A stretch of 64,000 nucleotides of DNA. Source: the human T2T-CHM13v2.0 reference genome, Homo sapiens. The stretch lies in assembly GCF_009914755.1 (NCBI RefSeq), contig NC_060933.1; one strand, 5' to 3'. The notes under the pieces are model-generated. The model saw only the letters and a program-made list of their open reading frames with translations. It was not told where the DNA came from and did not search any database. Positions 1 through 14,829 of this stretch are shown in pieces. Both the position numbers and the translations under genes were made by a program. The first letter of the stretch is position 1; the number at the start of each line of letters is the position of its first letter.

Positions 1-40
1 AGCGTCATTGATTCTAGGCATTTCAGCAAAGAAAATTAGG

Positions 41-68
41 ATATATAGATATAGATATAGATATAGAT
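41..68. repeat. (ATATAG)n microsatellite
   Basis: Direct tandem ATATAG units. Confidence 0.85.
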
Positions 69-519
69 TTCTACGGATACCTACAGCATTAGCCCAACTC
101 CGTCAAGGCTCTTTTTTTGCCTTGCTCCCTTTCACCTTGTTGTCTCCATCTTCTGCAGTGAAACAGCACTTCCAACAGCATCAATACTTTCTCAACCATT
201 TGTTCACTTGCTTAATTCCACTATACACATAAATTGGTTTCAAAATGTTTACACCAACATCACTACAAAATAACAAACCTACACAAGAGTCCAGGATTTG
301 TTTGCAATGTTCTTTTCTTCCTAGACAGAAGGTGTACAGTCATATTCTTCATTTCAATGGGTACTTTAATGAATTCTTTCTTGGCCCTTTCAGTGAACTT
401 ATGTTATTCATTTGAATTGCAGATAGGCTCATCTGATACTGTTTGCAATCAGTTTTAGGTTTTTTCCTCCCTAACTCTGTGGATTTCATTAATTAATTAA
501 TTACTTTTTACTTTCTAAA

Positions 520-703
520 GGAGGAACCAACAAATTTTTTTCTGTAGATTTCCAGATGGTAAATATTTTAGACTTTGTGGACCACGCAGTCTCTATTCTA
601 CTACTCAACTCTGCTGGTTTACCAATAAACCAGCAAAACCTTATTTACAGAAACAGGCAGCAGGCTGCATTTTGTCTGCAGGCCATTGTTTGCTGACACC
701 TGT
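520..703 (+). mobile_element. MER58-type hAT-Charlie DNA transposon relic
   Basis: 'tttttctgta...ccagatggtaaatattttagactttgtgg...actactcaactctgc...tttacagaaacaggc...tttgctgacacctg' resembles MER58A. Confidence 0.7.
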
Positions 704-799
704 TCTAGAACACTAAAATGCCTCTCAAAATCAAAACTATTTATAAAAGGTATATTCATAGAAATGTAACTTCTTCTACTGTCTCCTCCACATTACAGC

Positions 800-1424
800 T
801 TATTGTATTTTCCAAAGATGATCACAACATCTTCCCTCCTCATGGTCTTCTGCAACTTTGCTATTGTCTCATCAAGAGGCAGAGTCTATATCTCTACCCT
901 CTGGAATCTAGGTTGGCCCTATGACTGCTTTGACCAAAAAATGTGGTGGAAATGATGCTGTGTCAGTTTTGGTATTCTGTTTCCTGCCCCTTAGAATGTA
1001 TATTTGGGGAGCAGACATCATCATGTAATAAGCCCTCAGCCTTATTACCTAAGCCACATGTAATAACCTTAACTTCTTTGGGACCTCCATATTGTGAGGG
1101 AGACCAAACTGATGATGTAAAGAGAAAACAATGCTGCCAGCTATTTGTGCCATCCACTTCCAGGTGCCAGACATGTGAGTGAAGAAGCCATCTTGGACAC
1201 ACCCACTCCAGGAGATGCCACTCGACCCAGGCACACTGCCTCAGTTGAGTTGTCCCAGCCCTCTAGCCATTCAAACCACCCCAGTTGAGGCTTCAGATAC
1301 TATGCAGTGAAGAGCTGTTGCCCACTATGCCCTGCCAGAATTCATGACTTGTCAAATCACATAGTTGTTGAATGACTGTACCAGTTTTGGGATAATTTGT
1401 TAAACACTAAGATAACCCAGAACA
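800..1424 (+). mobile_element. Old MaLR LTR (MLT1G/H-like)
   Basis: 'ccaaagatgatcacaaca...catcaagaggcagagtctat...tgactgctttgacca...' ending 'gataacccagaaca'. Confidence 0.65.
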
Positions 1425-1456
1425 CATCCTTTTCTCCCTACCATCACCACCACCAT

Positions 1457-1873
1457 TGTATTAGTTTTCTAGGGCTGCTGTAACAAAGTACCAAAAATTA
1501 AGTGGCTTAAACAACAGAAATTTATTGTTTCACAGTTTTGGGGGCTAGACGTCCAAAATAAAGGTGTCTGTAGGGTTGGTTTCTCCTTAGGGCTGTGAGA
1601 AAAGGATGTTTTAGGTCTTTCTCCTTGGCTAGTAGATGGCCATCTTCTCCCTGCCTCTTCCAGTCACCTTCCTTCTTCATATGTCTCTGTGTTCAAGCTT
1701 CCCCTTTTCATGATGACACAAGTCATAATGAATTGGGTCCCTTTCTAATGACCTCATTTTAAAACTGATTACATCTTTAAAGACCCTATCTCCACATAAG
1801 GTCACATTTCGAGGTAGTAAGTGTTAGGACTTTAACATATGAATTTTGAAGGAACACAATTTACCTCAAAACA
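1457..1873 (-). mobile_element. MaLR LTR (MLT1B/C-like)
   Basis: Starts 'tgtattagttttctagggctgctgtaacaaagtacc...ggcttaaacaacagaaatttatt'. Confidence 0.8.
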
Positions 1874-1899
1874 ATCATTCCTGTAGGTAGTCAATTTCA

Positions 1900-4035
1900 T
1901 TTATTTTTTGTTTAATCTCCCTGTGTTGCCTTCCTGCAAAAACTAAGCAGATTTATAATTTTTTCCTCTTTCTCTTCTGTAATTTTTTTTCACTTTGCTG
2001 TTTTTTTTAAATTTAACAATATAGCCAAGAAAACACCCCATATCAATTTGTAGAGATTTTTCTCATTTTTTTTGTAGCTACATAGTATATCAATGTGTAT
2101 ATAAACCATGGTTTATTCAACCCATCTTTAGGTATCTAGGTATGTTCCAATATTTTGCAATTACAAATAATGCTGTGATGAATAGCCATGTGCTTATGTA
2201 TTTTCATTTTGTTTGAAGTGTATCTTCAGAGTAAATTCCAAAAAGTAGAATTGCTGAGTCAAAAGATAAATGTGTATATAGTTATGTAGATATTGTCAAA
2301 TTCTCTTCATAGAAATTGTGTAATTTTCTATTTCTATCAACAATTAATGTATTAAAGTTCATGTTTATCCATGGCCTCTCCAATAGAATACATTGCCAAT
2401 ATGTTTAATCTTTGCCAATCTCTTAGGTGAGAAATGTTATCTGAGTACAGTTTGAATTTGAATTTCTCTATTATGAGTGAAATTGAGTATCTTTTCATAT
2501 GTTTAAAAGTCATTTTATATGTATATGTCTGTATATGTCTTTTGTCTACGTTTACATAATTTTAAAATCTATTTCCTCTTAATTTTTATATATTAGGGGT
2601 ATTATTTCTTTATATGTTTCAATTATTTCCTCTAAATTTGTTATTTTATTTTTTATTTTGCTTGTAGTGAGTTTTTTTGCCATAAATGAAAAAATTATGT
2701 AGTTAAATTTGTTATCTTTCATTGCATCTGCATTTAGAATCATAGAAAGTGTTTTCCTATACCAAACCCATGGAGGAATCCATTTTTGTTTTCTTCTATT
2801 ACTTATATAGTTTTTTTGTTTTTTAAACATTCAGATCTTTGAACTATTTGGTTTTTAATCTTGCATATGATGTGAGGAATGGATTTAACTGTATCTTTTG
2901 CAAATAGCTATCCAATTGTCCCAGCACTATATTTTTGTTTTTTTAGGGATAGGATCTCACTGTATCATCCAGGATGGAGTGCAGGGGTATGATCATAGCT
3001 GACTGCAGCCTTGAACTCCTGGGCTCAAGAGATGCTCCTGCCTCAGCCTTCCAGGTAGCTATGACTACAGGTGCATACCACCACATCTGGCTAACTAATT
3101 TTCTTCTTTTTAATTTTTATAGAGACTGGGGTCTCACTTTGTGACCCAGGCTGGTCTCAAACTCGTGGCTTCAAGCAATCCTCCTCTTTGGCCTTCCAAA
3201 GTGCTGGGATTATAGGCATAAGCCACTGTACCGAGCCCCAACACCATTTTTAAAAAGGCTCAGTGTTATGAAATCTCACTTTCATCATACACTGGATTTC
3301 CATAAAATGCTGATTCTACTTTTAGACTTTCTTTTTTATTCCATTGGTCTGGTTATCTCTCTGTGTATCATTACACTGTTTTAATTACTGTGGCTTTGTG
3401 ACATTTTAATATCTGGTAGAGCTAGGCCCCTTTCATAGCTCTTTTTCTTCCCAGCATTTTCCCAATTATATTCTTGCATATTTATTATTTGATGTGGACT
3501 TAATTATCAAGTTGTTCCACACTAGAAAAAAGCTTTTTGGTATTTTAACTCAGGGAGAATTTATATCTTGATGATGTTGAACTGTCCAAAATAAAACAAC
3601 ATGAGGAGGAAGTATTTCATAGTTTATACAGATTTTGAACATGATTTGTTAAGTTTATTTCTAAGGTTTTTTTGTGGTTTATTTTTTAAGTTCATTTTGC
3701 TGCTATTGGTAAATTGTGCTTCCGTTAGTCCTATTTAGATATTATTTGTGTATGTGTATACTATTGGTTTTTTATATTAATTTTATATTTTGCTTTTATT
3801 GTTTGAATTAGTTTTACATTAATTATCTAGGGTTTTCCAGGTGTATTATCATGTCATCTGCAAATATAGATAATATATTTCCTTTCATGGCTCAAGTTAT
3901 TTTTTGTCTAGTTGCATTAATTAATAATTCTAATATGATGTTAAATAACCATGCAGTTAGCATGGATCTTTGCCTTGTCCCTGACCTTGGTGGGAATGTT
4001 TCTAGTGTTTCTCTATTAAGTAATATTCTTGCTTC
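1900..4035 (-). mobile_element. Ancient L1M LINE fragments, interrupted by AluJ
   Basis: T-rich degenerate antisense L1 ORF2/3' sequence ('tccaattgtcccagcac', 'atcatgtcatctgcaaata', 'ttgccttgtccctgacctt'). Confidence 0.7.
2931..3237 (-). mobile_element. AluJ
   Basis: Antisense dimeric Alu with J-type 'ctgcagccttgaactcctgggctcaag'; degenerate TSD ccagcactat/ccaacaccat. Confidence 0.9.
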
Positions 4036-4039
4036 ATGG

Positions 4040-4101
4040 CATATATGCATGTATGTATGTAAATGGATAGGTAGACATAGGTATGTGTATGTAGATATTT
4101 A

Positions 4102-4134
<33 letters not shown>

Positions 4135-4140
4135 GTATAT
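4040..4140. repeat. (TG)n(TA)n compound microsatellite
   Basis: Visible TG and TA runs. Confidence 0.85.
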
Positions 4141-4672
4141 TTGTAATTATTCTGAGCTTGATTTTAGTACTTTAGGACCTGAGTTTTCCTTCAGTTGCTT
4201 CTTAGAGCACAGCTCTCTCTCTGGCTGCACTATCCATATTTATTGCTGTAGGTTGTTGCTACAAATGGCTGCTGCTCAATGTTTAATATAAATTATCAAA
4301 GGTATGAAGGAGAAAAATGACTTAGTCTTGTGAGTGTACATCTTCAACTATTTACCCTAATGACTGCCTTGGAATTTTCTCTATTCTCTTGTCTCCATTT
4401 ATTTTGGGCTAAGATTTCCCTCAAGCCTCTCTTACCTTCATGTTTTTTTTCCCTCTAAGCTGATTTAAAGCACTCTAAGCTATTTTTGTTTCTTTTTATA
4501 CCTGATCTTGGCTATCTTTCAGGAATTCCTTCCCCTTTTTCTTTTGTTTTCCTGAATAGTCGCAAATTTATTTTATCATTTTTCAATACCCTTTTTGCCA
4601 TTTTGTGGGATTTAGGTAAGAGGAAGTGTTTACCTGCCATTTTGATTTAATGTCCTGTTTAAACTTTTCATG

Positions 4673-4784
4673 TAGGTGAACTAGTTCAGTCCTATTTGCC
4701 CAGGACTTTTCTGGGTATAGCACTGAAAGTCTTGTCTCCCAGAGAACCTTTCAGTCCCTGTAAAATAGAGGAGTTGGTCACCTT
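4673..4784. mobile_element. MER81 (hAT-Blackjack MITE)
   Basis: Terminal inverted repeats 'taggtgaacta'/'ttggtcacctta' with internal 'gcactgaaagtc'. Confidence 0.7.
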
Positions 4785-6988
4785 ATTTTCTGAGACAGTG
4801 GGAAATTTAGTTTAACTTTCTACATCTAGGTGGTTGGTCCAACAGTATCTTCTCCTACATACTCATGAATGGACAACTCAAATAACTAATGTGATAAGAA
4901 TGGTGAAAATGTTTTGAGTTTTGCTGGGAGAGGAGGAATAAAAATATATAAGAAGAGTATAGATATCCAAGAAAGATAATATTGGTATGAGGTTCAAAGA
5001 AACTATAATAGAACTATTGCCATTAGGCCATTCAGGCAGAAGGGGAACTTCAGTGTCACTTCTCATACAAATACTGAGAAAAAAATGAGATGCATTGCTG
5101 TCCCCCCATCTCCTCCCTGCCACCACACCTATCATATCCTCTATTTCAGTAATTGATTAGTTGACCCTAGGTCCACAATTTTACCATGTTATGTATCAAG
5201 GCATATATTTCTTCTACCTGTGTCAAAGCAAGGGTCTTACAACATATTTGCAGGTATGAAACCTATGGCACTTGGAAGAATCTCATATGTGCACATACTC
5301 ATATACGCATTGTCAGCCTATTAATGCTATGGAAAAGTTTTACTTGCTCTAGGCAACAAAAGTAACTCACATAATTGTGAATCAAGATAGACAAAAGCAA
5401 GAAGGTTGCCATCAATATGCAAATTAGGAATTAACTCCTTTCTATCCAGTGTTCATTTTGCCCTGCAGAATTAAGTTAGTTATATGGTCTCAGTGTATGG
5501 CCTGCAGATTTTCTAGACCAATCATGATTCAAATATTTTATTTCACTGTCTACATGACTGACATTGATCTGCCCCATATTTTGGGTTTGAAAATATGGAG
5601 ACTGTGACTAACTTAAATGTTAAACTACCACTGATCAGTGGTAAAATTTTGAACCACACAAAATGTGTTGGCGGCTATTCCCTACTGTCTTAGCATGTTC
5701 TCCTTCTTAACTCCAATGTCTTCCTTCTCATTTGCTTAACCCATGTCACAGTCATCCCTGTCTCCCTTCACCCTGATGTCTTGTCCATGAAGCACTGTCT
5801 TCTTTGCTAATGTCAATGTCAGATGATAAGACTTAAAAAACCACCTAGGAGTTCTCACAGGTAATAATGATTTTGAGAAGTAAAAGAAACCAACCAAACA
5901 AAGAAACAAACCAAACAAACTTCAGGATTTCTGGGTTCCACCTGGAAGGATGGGAGTTATGTGTTTATAGCCACAGTAGACACTGCACCAAAGCCTGCCG
6001 TGGTGGTTATACAGCTTATAGACTGTGATGTAAATTTGCCCATACAGGGATTTCTAGTGGCTGGACTTTTGTCTAAGCTGGATCAATTTGGAAAATAAAC
6101 CAAGAAGGTGTTTCAGGGAAGTATTTCCGGGCAGGGGAACCCAAAATGTGGTCAAGATGAATGAGTAAATCAAATCAGAGGGTAATATCAGGAGAATTAA
6201 GAATTGGCCCAGGTAAGGTGCAAACACAGGTTGGAGGGTAGTTCCAAGTTTAGTTTATGAAGAATGTATATGAAGATGAGGTGTGCCCTGAGCCATAATG
6301 CAGTATAATGTAAAAAAAGCTTGCCTACGGCATAATTCTGTGGAGTGATGCAAATCACTCCTGCAATTAGTGAGACAAATACTTCCAGATTAGGGTCCCA
6401 GCAAAAGTTACAATTTGTCAGCTCTTATCATAACATTGGTACTAAAATTAAAGTGTTCTAATTTTCTTACCAAATGTAAAAGTGATCAATGAAATGAAAA
6501 GTTTTGCAGTGGCTACTGTAATAGTAAGTGACAATGATAAGTGCTTAGAGTAACAGCAAGTTAACAATTAAATTTATGCTTATAGCTCAATCTCTAAAGA
6601 TATGAAAACGTTGACTGGAAGTTAGAATATATCCAAAATGACATTTAAGATGAAAGTTTATATGCCGGTGAAAATATATTACTAGAAACACATAACTTCT
6701 CTGTGCCAGCACTGTTCCAAGCACTGTATAGTAAGCACTCAGTTAATGTCATCAATAGGTTCTCAGAAACTGTGACTTTGAGGGAAATTATGTATAGGGA
6801 AATCAATTTTACCATAGGCTAATTGATATAAACAAAAGTTAAGCTCATATAGTGTATTTCTGGTCACACATGCATCATCGAATTTGTAAATAAAGACCCA
6901 AAACACTTCTAATCTTAAACATTGAAATAAATGTGAGTATACACACATTTCAGAAAGATTAATGAAAACAAGTAAGATAATTATTTAT

Positions 6989-7302
<314 letters not shown>

Positions 7303-7500
7303 TTACGCAGTAATTTTAGTTCAGGGTGTCAGGTAGCCAGAACCTATCCCTGCAGCTCAGGGCCACAGACAGGGACGACTCTGGACAGGACATGCTCACA
7401 CACAAAATCACGCTCACTCACGCAGGGACCATGTAGCCAATGAATCTAACTTGCACATCTTTTGGGATGTGGGAGGAAACCAGAGTACATGGTCAGCACC

Positions 7501-8160
7501 CATGTGGACATGGGAAGAACACACAGACTCCACGCAGACATGGGAAGGACACACAGACTCCATGCGGACATGGGAAGGACACACAGACTCCACGCTGACA
7601 TGGGAAGGACACACAGACTCCACACAGACATGGGAAGGACACACAGACTCCACACAGACATGGGAAGGACACACAGACTCCACGTGGACATGGAAAGGAC
7701 ACACAGACTCCACGCTGACATGGGAAGGACACACAGACTCCATGCAGACATGGGAATGACACACAGACTCCACACAGACATGGGAAGGACACACAGACTC
7801 CATGCAGACATTGGAAGGACACACAGACTCCACGCGGACATGGGGAGGACACACAGACTCCAAGCGGACATGGGAAGGACACACAGACTCCACGCGGACA
7901 TGGGAAGGACACACAGACTCCACGCAGACATGGGAAGGACACACAGACTCCACGCTGACATGGGAAGGACACACAGACTCCACGCGGACATTGGAAGGAC
8001 ACACAGACTCCACGCGGGCATGGGGAGGACACACAGACTCCGAGCGGACATGGGAAGGACACACAGACTCCACGCGGACATGGGAAGGACACACTGACTC
8101 CATGCAGACATGGGAAGGACACATAGACTCCACACAGACATGGGAAGCACATGCAGACAC
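7501..8160. repeat. 30-bp VNTR, 22 units (consensus CACGCAGACATGGGAAGGACACACAGACTC)
   Basis: 22 indel-free 30-bp units counted directly. Confidence 0.98.
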
Positions 8161-8845
8161 CACACAGAGAGTGGCCCTGACTGCGTGAAATTTTTTTTCT
8201 GAATTCCAAGGGAATCCATTTTTTTCCCTCATCAATGTTATAACAAAATGAAGCTAAACAAAATGACCTTATTTGAGAACTTTCTGTGTGTACATCGACA
8301 GATTTTACTCTTTTATTCAGGGAAAGCATAAAGATTCGATTCAGAGAATGAAAAATAATATAATGAAATGACTTGACAAAGTAAAGTTTTATAACTAACA
8401 AAGGAGAATCTCAGAGCACAAGTACACTTTGTGGCACCAGATGTGTCCAGGAATGTTTATGGGGGTGCCTTCTAAGTAGCGAGTGAGACAGAAAAGCTAA
8501 TAATTCAATACTACATGATGAATGCTGTGTCAGGCTGGGTAAGAGGACAGAGCCTGGGGAGTGACTAACTCCGCATGGGCAGGGAGGGGAAAGCCTTAAA
8601 GAGAAAATGACATCTGAAAAGACAGTGATTAAAAATTGAGACTTCTTTAGTTCTTTTGAGCTTTGTATAAAGAAACTTCTTAAGAAAATGGAATCTTTTA
8701 AGGGTAGTCCTTTGAAATAGGACTACGTATTTGAAACCAATTTTCCCTGAGCCACATGTCCAAATCAAATGATGACTTTCATTGTCTGAGTAAGACATGA
8801 TGTCCTCTTGATACTTAGTGGTCACTGCTATTCGGCTAATCTCTC

Positions 8846-9141
8846 GTTTTTGTTTTTTTGAGACAGGGTCTTGCTCTATTACTAGGGCTGGTGTCCAGTG
8901 GCCCAATCATGGCTCACTGCAGCCTCCACCTCCAGGGCTCAAGTGATTCTCCTGCCTCAGCCTCCCAAGCAGCTGGGACTATGGGCAAACACCACCACAC
9001 CTGGCTCTTTTTAAAATTTTTTGTAGAGACAGGGTTTTGCCATGCTGCTCAGGCTGGTCTCAAACTTCTGGGCTCAAGTGATCCTCCCGCCTCAGCCTTC
9101 CAAAGTGCTCTGATTACAGGCATGAGCCACCATGCCCAGCC
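8846..9141 (-). mobile_element. AluJ
   Basis: Antisense Alu; TSD ctattcggctaatctct/ctattcaactgatctct. Confidence 0.9.
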
Positions 9142-9239
9142 CTATTCAACTGATCTCTGTGAGCCTGCCAAAATCTATTCCTGCCACTGAAGTCACATTC
9201 TTACCAAAGTCACTTCTCTTGGTTCTTAAACTTTATTTG

Positions 9240-9760
9240 GCAACTGTACTTAGCAAATTATATAATTTGATTAAATATTTATATTTATGCTAATTGTACT
9301 TATGTAATTAGGAACTTAATTAAATGTTAAATAAGTCAATGAAATGTGAGTTTAAAAAGGTTATTATTCCTTTGAAAATATAATTGAAGCTTTGGAAGAC
9401 TGTATAAAGTCTAGTCACAATAATAAAATTCTGTTGAATTATATGTGGACAACTATAGAAGTTTGGGAAGGGGATTATAAAACTAGAAGGATTTTGAACT
9501 CAGACTGCACTAATATTATATATAAGTGTTCACAAGCATCTTCTCTAAAGTGTCTTGCATCACTTTAAAGAAACCCGAGCTCGAAATCATAGATTATGCA
9601 TCATGGATGTGATTTATGCAAGACAGATATGGAACTCCAATCAGAGTTTTGATGCACAAAGAAGAGGAAGAATGTAGCTGTATATCTAATGATTGCCAAT
9701 GAATGTAGACTTATATACTTTAAGTTCAAAATAAAAAAATGTATAGTATTTATGTATTTT
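9240..9760 (+). mobile_element. Degenerate Tigger (TcMar) fragment with CENP-B-type HTH remnant
   Basis: 'actttaaagaaacccgagctcgaaatcatagattatgcatcatggatgtgatttatgcaa' reads TLKKPELEIIDYASWM*FMQ, like pogo/Tigger transposase N-termini. Confidence 0.6.
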
Positions 9761-9769
9761 AATAATACA

Positions 9770-9941
9770 CCACATGTTGTGGCTTGCTCCTGTAGCCACA
9801 GCTACACTCAGGAGGCTGAGGTGGGAAGATCACTTGAGCCCAGGAGTTGGAGGCTGCAATGAGCTACGATTGTGCCACTGCACTTTAGCCTGGGTAATAG
9901 AGCAAGAACCTATCTCTAAAAACAAAACAAAACAAAACAAA
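9770..9941 (+). mobile_element. Alu right monomer (FRAM/AluJ) with (CAAAA)n tail
   Basis: 'gaggctgaggtgggaagatcacttgagcccaggagtt...ctctaaaaacaaaac'. Confidence 0.85.
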
Positions 9942-10159
9942 GCAATATAATTAAATAAAAATAATTTCCAGTTTAAAACTTTCTTTTTCTTAAGCAGCTA
10001 ACAAATGGATCTAATTGCATTTGAAAAAAGACCATGTACGGTACCACAAAAACCACTTATTTTTCTTCTTTAATCACGGGTGGCATCATAGTAAATACAA
10101 GCATCTGGTATGAAAAGGTATGGACATGTTTTTGCTGGTGAGTGAAAACTGATGATTAA

Positions 10160-10675
<516 letters not shown>

Positions 10676-11012
10676 GAAATTCTTATTAACCTTATCTTCG
10701 TGTTTTGTGAATGAAGTCTGGTGGGACAATGGAGCATGTACTTGAGCAGAGGAGATGCCTGTGATATGCAGTTTGATAATTCCTAGCTACCTTATTTTAA
10801 CATAGTATATCCGCTATGCCTCAGGAGTGTGGAATTCGGGTGGATCCACAGTGCATGGGAGTTCAGTGAGCCTAAAAGTGAGTACCAGCTGAGTGCATTA
10901 AACATACCTATGACTCAGTGAGTAGGGACAAAAGGCCACACTTTGCTTTCTGTTAGAACCAGAACTTGCTTTGAATATAATGGCATTCTAAGAAAGAAGT
11001 CCCAAAGAACCA

Positions 11013-11778
<766 letters not shown>

Positions 11779-12188
11779 AACCTTATAATATCTTTGCTTA
11801 CTCATGCTACCTTCCTCTGTTAGCCAACTACTTGTTCTGAAAATGATGACACAGAAAATTAAAGGTAGGACAACCAGTAGTTCTTTTAATTTCAGTGCTT
11901 CCTTCCTCATTAATAAGCTGAAGTTAGTGTTCACAGAATTCAATTATATCAAGAAGTAAAGTAAAAAGAGTTGCATTACTTTTGTGAAGCATTTCTACTG
12001 TTCTGGTGAGAATGGGATATATATGCATGTATGAGCTATGGAATATAGGTGGTACAATTTTGGTGATTCTGTATATGAGATAAATGCTCTTGTGTTTGCA
12101 TTTAAAGCTAGAATTGCAAAATATAAAGATGAGTGGCAAGATTTGTGCTAAAACTTGAAATTCAATATTTACTTAGAACATTAAATGG

Positions 12189-14480
12189 TGATATGGTTTG
12201 ACTCTGTGTCCCCACCCAAATCTCATCTTGAATTGTACTCCCATAATTCTTCCCATGTGTTGTGGGAGGGAACTGGTGGGAGATAATTTGAATCATGGGG
12301 GTGGTTTTCCCCATACTGTTCTCATGGTAGTAAATGAGTCTCATGAGATCTGATGATTTTATCAGGGATTTCCAATTTTGCATCTTTCTCATTTTCTCTT
12401 GCTGCTGCTATGTAAGAAGTGCTGTTCACCTCCCACCATGATTCTGAGGCCTCCCCAGCCATGTGGAACTGTAAGTCCAATTAAACCTCTTTTTCTTCCC
12501 AGTCTCAGGTATGTCTTTACCAGCAGTGTGAAAACTGACTAATATAGTAAATTGGTACCAGTAAAGTGGGGCATTGCTGAAAAGATACCCGAAAATGTGG
12601 AATATTGGAACTGGGTAACAGGCAGAGTTTGGAATAGTTTGGAGGATTTCAGAAGAAGACAGGAAAATTGGGGAAGTTTGGAACCTCCTAGAGACTTATT
12701 GAATGGGTTTGACTGAAAGCCTGATAGCAATATGGACAATAAAGTTCAGGCTGAGGTAGTCTCAGATGGAGATGAGGAATTTGTTGGGAACTGGAGCAAA
12801 GATGACTCTTGTTATGCTTGTTATGTTTTAGCAAAGAGACTGGCGGCATTTTGCCCCTGCCCTAGGAATTTGTGGAACTTTGAACTTGAGAGAGATGATT
12901 CAGGGTATCTGGTAGAATAAATTTCTAAGCTGCAAAGCATTCAAGAGGGAACTTGGGTGCTGTTAAAGGCATTCAGTTTTATAAGGAAAGCAGAGCATAA
13001 AAGTTCAGAAAATATGCAGCCTGACAATGTGATAGAAAAGAAAAACTCATTTTCTGAGGAGAAATTCAAGCTGGCTACAGAAATTTGTATAAGTAATGAG
13101 GGGCCAAATGTTAATCCCCAAGACAATGGGGAAAATGTTTCCAGGGCATGTCAGAGGTCTTCATGGCAGTCCATCCCATCACAGGCCTGGAGGCCTAGGA
13201 GAAAATGATTTCCTGGGCCAGGCCCAGGGTCCCTGTGCTGAGTGCAGCCTAAAGACTTGGTGCCCTGTATCCCAGATTCTCTAGCCATGGCTGAAATGGT
13301 CCCACATAGAGCTCAGGCCATGGTTTCAGAGGGAGCAAGCCCCAAGCCTTGGCAGTTTCTACGTGGTGTTGAGCCTGCAAGTGCATGGAAGTAAAAAAGT
13401 GGGGTTTGGGAACCTCCGCCTAGATTTTAAAACATGTATGGAAATGCCTGGATGCCCAGGGAGAAGTTTGCTACAGGGGTGGGGAGCTCATAGAGAGCCT
13501 CTGCTAGGACAGTGCAGAAGGGAAATGTGGGATTGGAGCCCCCACACGGAGTCCATACTGGGCCACTGTCTAGTGGAGCTGTGAGAGAGGGGTACCATAC
13601 TCCAGACCCCAGAATGGGAGATCCACTGACAGCTTGCACTGTGCACCTGGAAAAGTCGCAGACACTCAACACCAGCCCGTGAAAGCAGACAGGAGGAAGT
13701 CTGTACCCTGCAAAGCCACAGGGGTGAAACTGCCCAAGACCATGGGAACCCACCTCTTGCATCAGCGTGGCTGGGATGTGAGACCTGTAGTCAAAGGAGA
13801 TCATTTTGGAGCTTTAAAATTTGACTGCCCCACTAGATTTTGGACTTGCATGGGCCCTGTAACCACTTTGTTTTGGCCAATTTCTCCCATTTGGAATGGC
13901 TGTATTTACCCAACACCTGTACCCCCATTGTATCTAGGAAGTAACTAGCTTGCTTTTGATTTTACAGTCTCATAGGCGGAAGGAACTTGCCTTGTCTTAG
14001 ATGAGACTTTGGACTGTGGACTTTTGGGTTAATGCTGAAATGAGTTAAGTCTTTTGGGAACTGTTGGGAAGGCATGATTGGTTTTGAAATGTGAGGACAT
14101 GAGATTTGCAGGGGCCAGGGGCAGAATGATATGGTTGGCTTGTGTCCTCTCCCAAATCTCACCTTGAATTGTACTCCCATAATTCCCACATGTTGTGGGA
14201 GGGACCCGGTGGGAGATCATTTGAATCATGGGGGTGGTCTCCCCCATACTGTTCACGTGGTAGTGAATAAGTCTCATGAGATCTGATGGTTTTATCAGGG
14301 GTTTCTGCTTTTGCTTCTTCCTCATTTTCTCTTGCTGTCACCATGTAAGAAGTGCCTGTCACCTCCCGCCATGATTCTGAGGCCCCACCCAGCCATGTGG
14401 AACTATAAGTCCAATTAAACCTCTTTTTCTTCCCAGTCTCGGGTGTGTCTTTATCAACAGTGTGAAAACAGACTAATACA
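12189..14480 (+). mobile_element. Full-length THE1A MaLR (LTR 12189-12546, internal region, LTR 14127-14480)
   Basis: Two ~355-bp direct LTRs 'tgatatggtt...actaata[c/t]a' flank THE1-int; 5-bp TSD aatgg/aatag. Confidence 0.92.
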
Positions 14481-14829
14481 AATAGCAAATTAAAGACACC
14501 ACAAGAAGTTGAGAGATCACAGAAGAAAGAAAAAGTTTAACATGTTAGTACCATTAGTAGACCTTTTCTCTTGCTTTTTGAACAAGGGTCTCCACATTCT
14601 CATTTTACATGAGGCTCTACAATTCATGTAGCTGGCTTATACCTCGACACCAGGAGAAAAGCTCCTCTCAAACTATCCCTCAGATGCTGGCTTCTCTTTG
14701 GAAATCCAAGCAGGCACTGAGCTGAAGCTGAGCAGCTTCCTTCCTTCCAAAAGCCCAAGCTCCAGGAATAACCCAAACCTCAACCCAAATCAACACACAG
14801 ACTAAGACTCCACTCTCCTGTTAGAAGAA

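Noticed and set aside
7501-8160. CRISPR-like array
   Set aside because: Head-to-tail tandem units without unique spacers, in human DNA.
7414-8401. Long repetitive ORFs (211-302 aa) on both strands, including Cys-rich GVCVSFPC repeats
   Set aside because: Artefact of a nearly stop-free 30-bp (multiple of 3) VNTR inside a transposon; no gene context.
12732-13948. Several ORFs in the THE1 internal region
   Set aside because: Disrupted MaLR internal ORF remnants, not a host gene.
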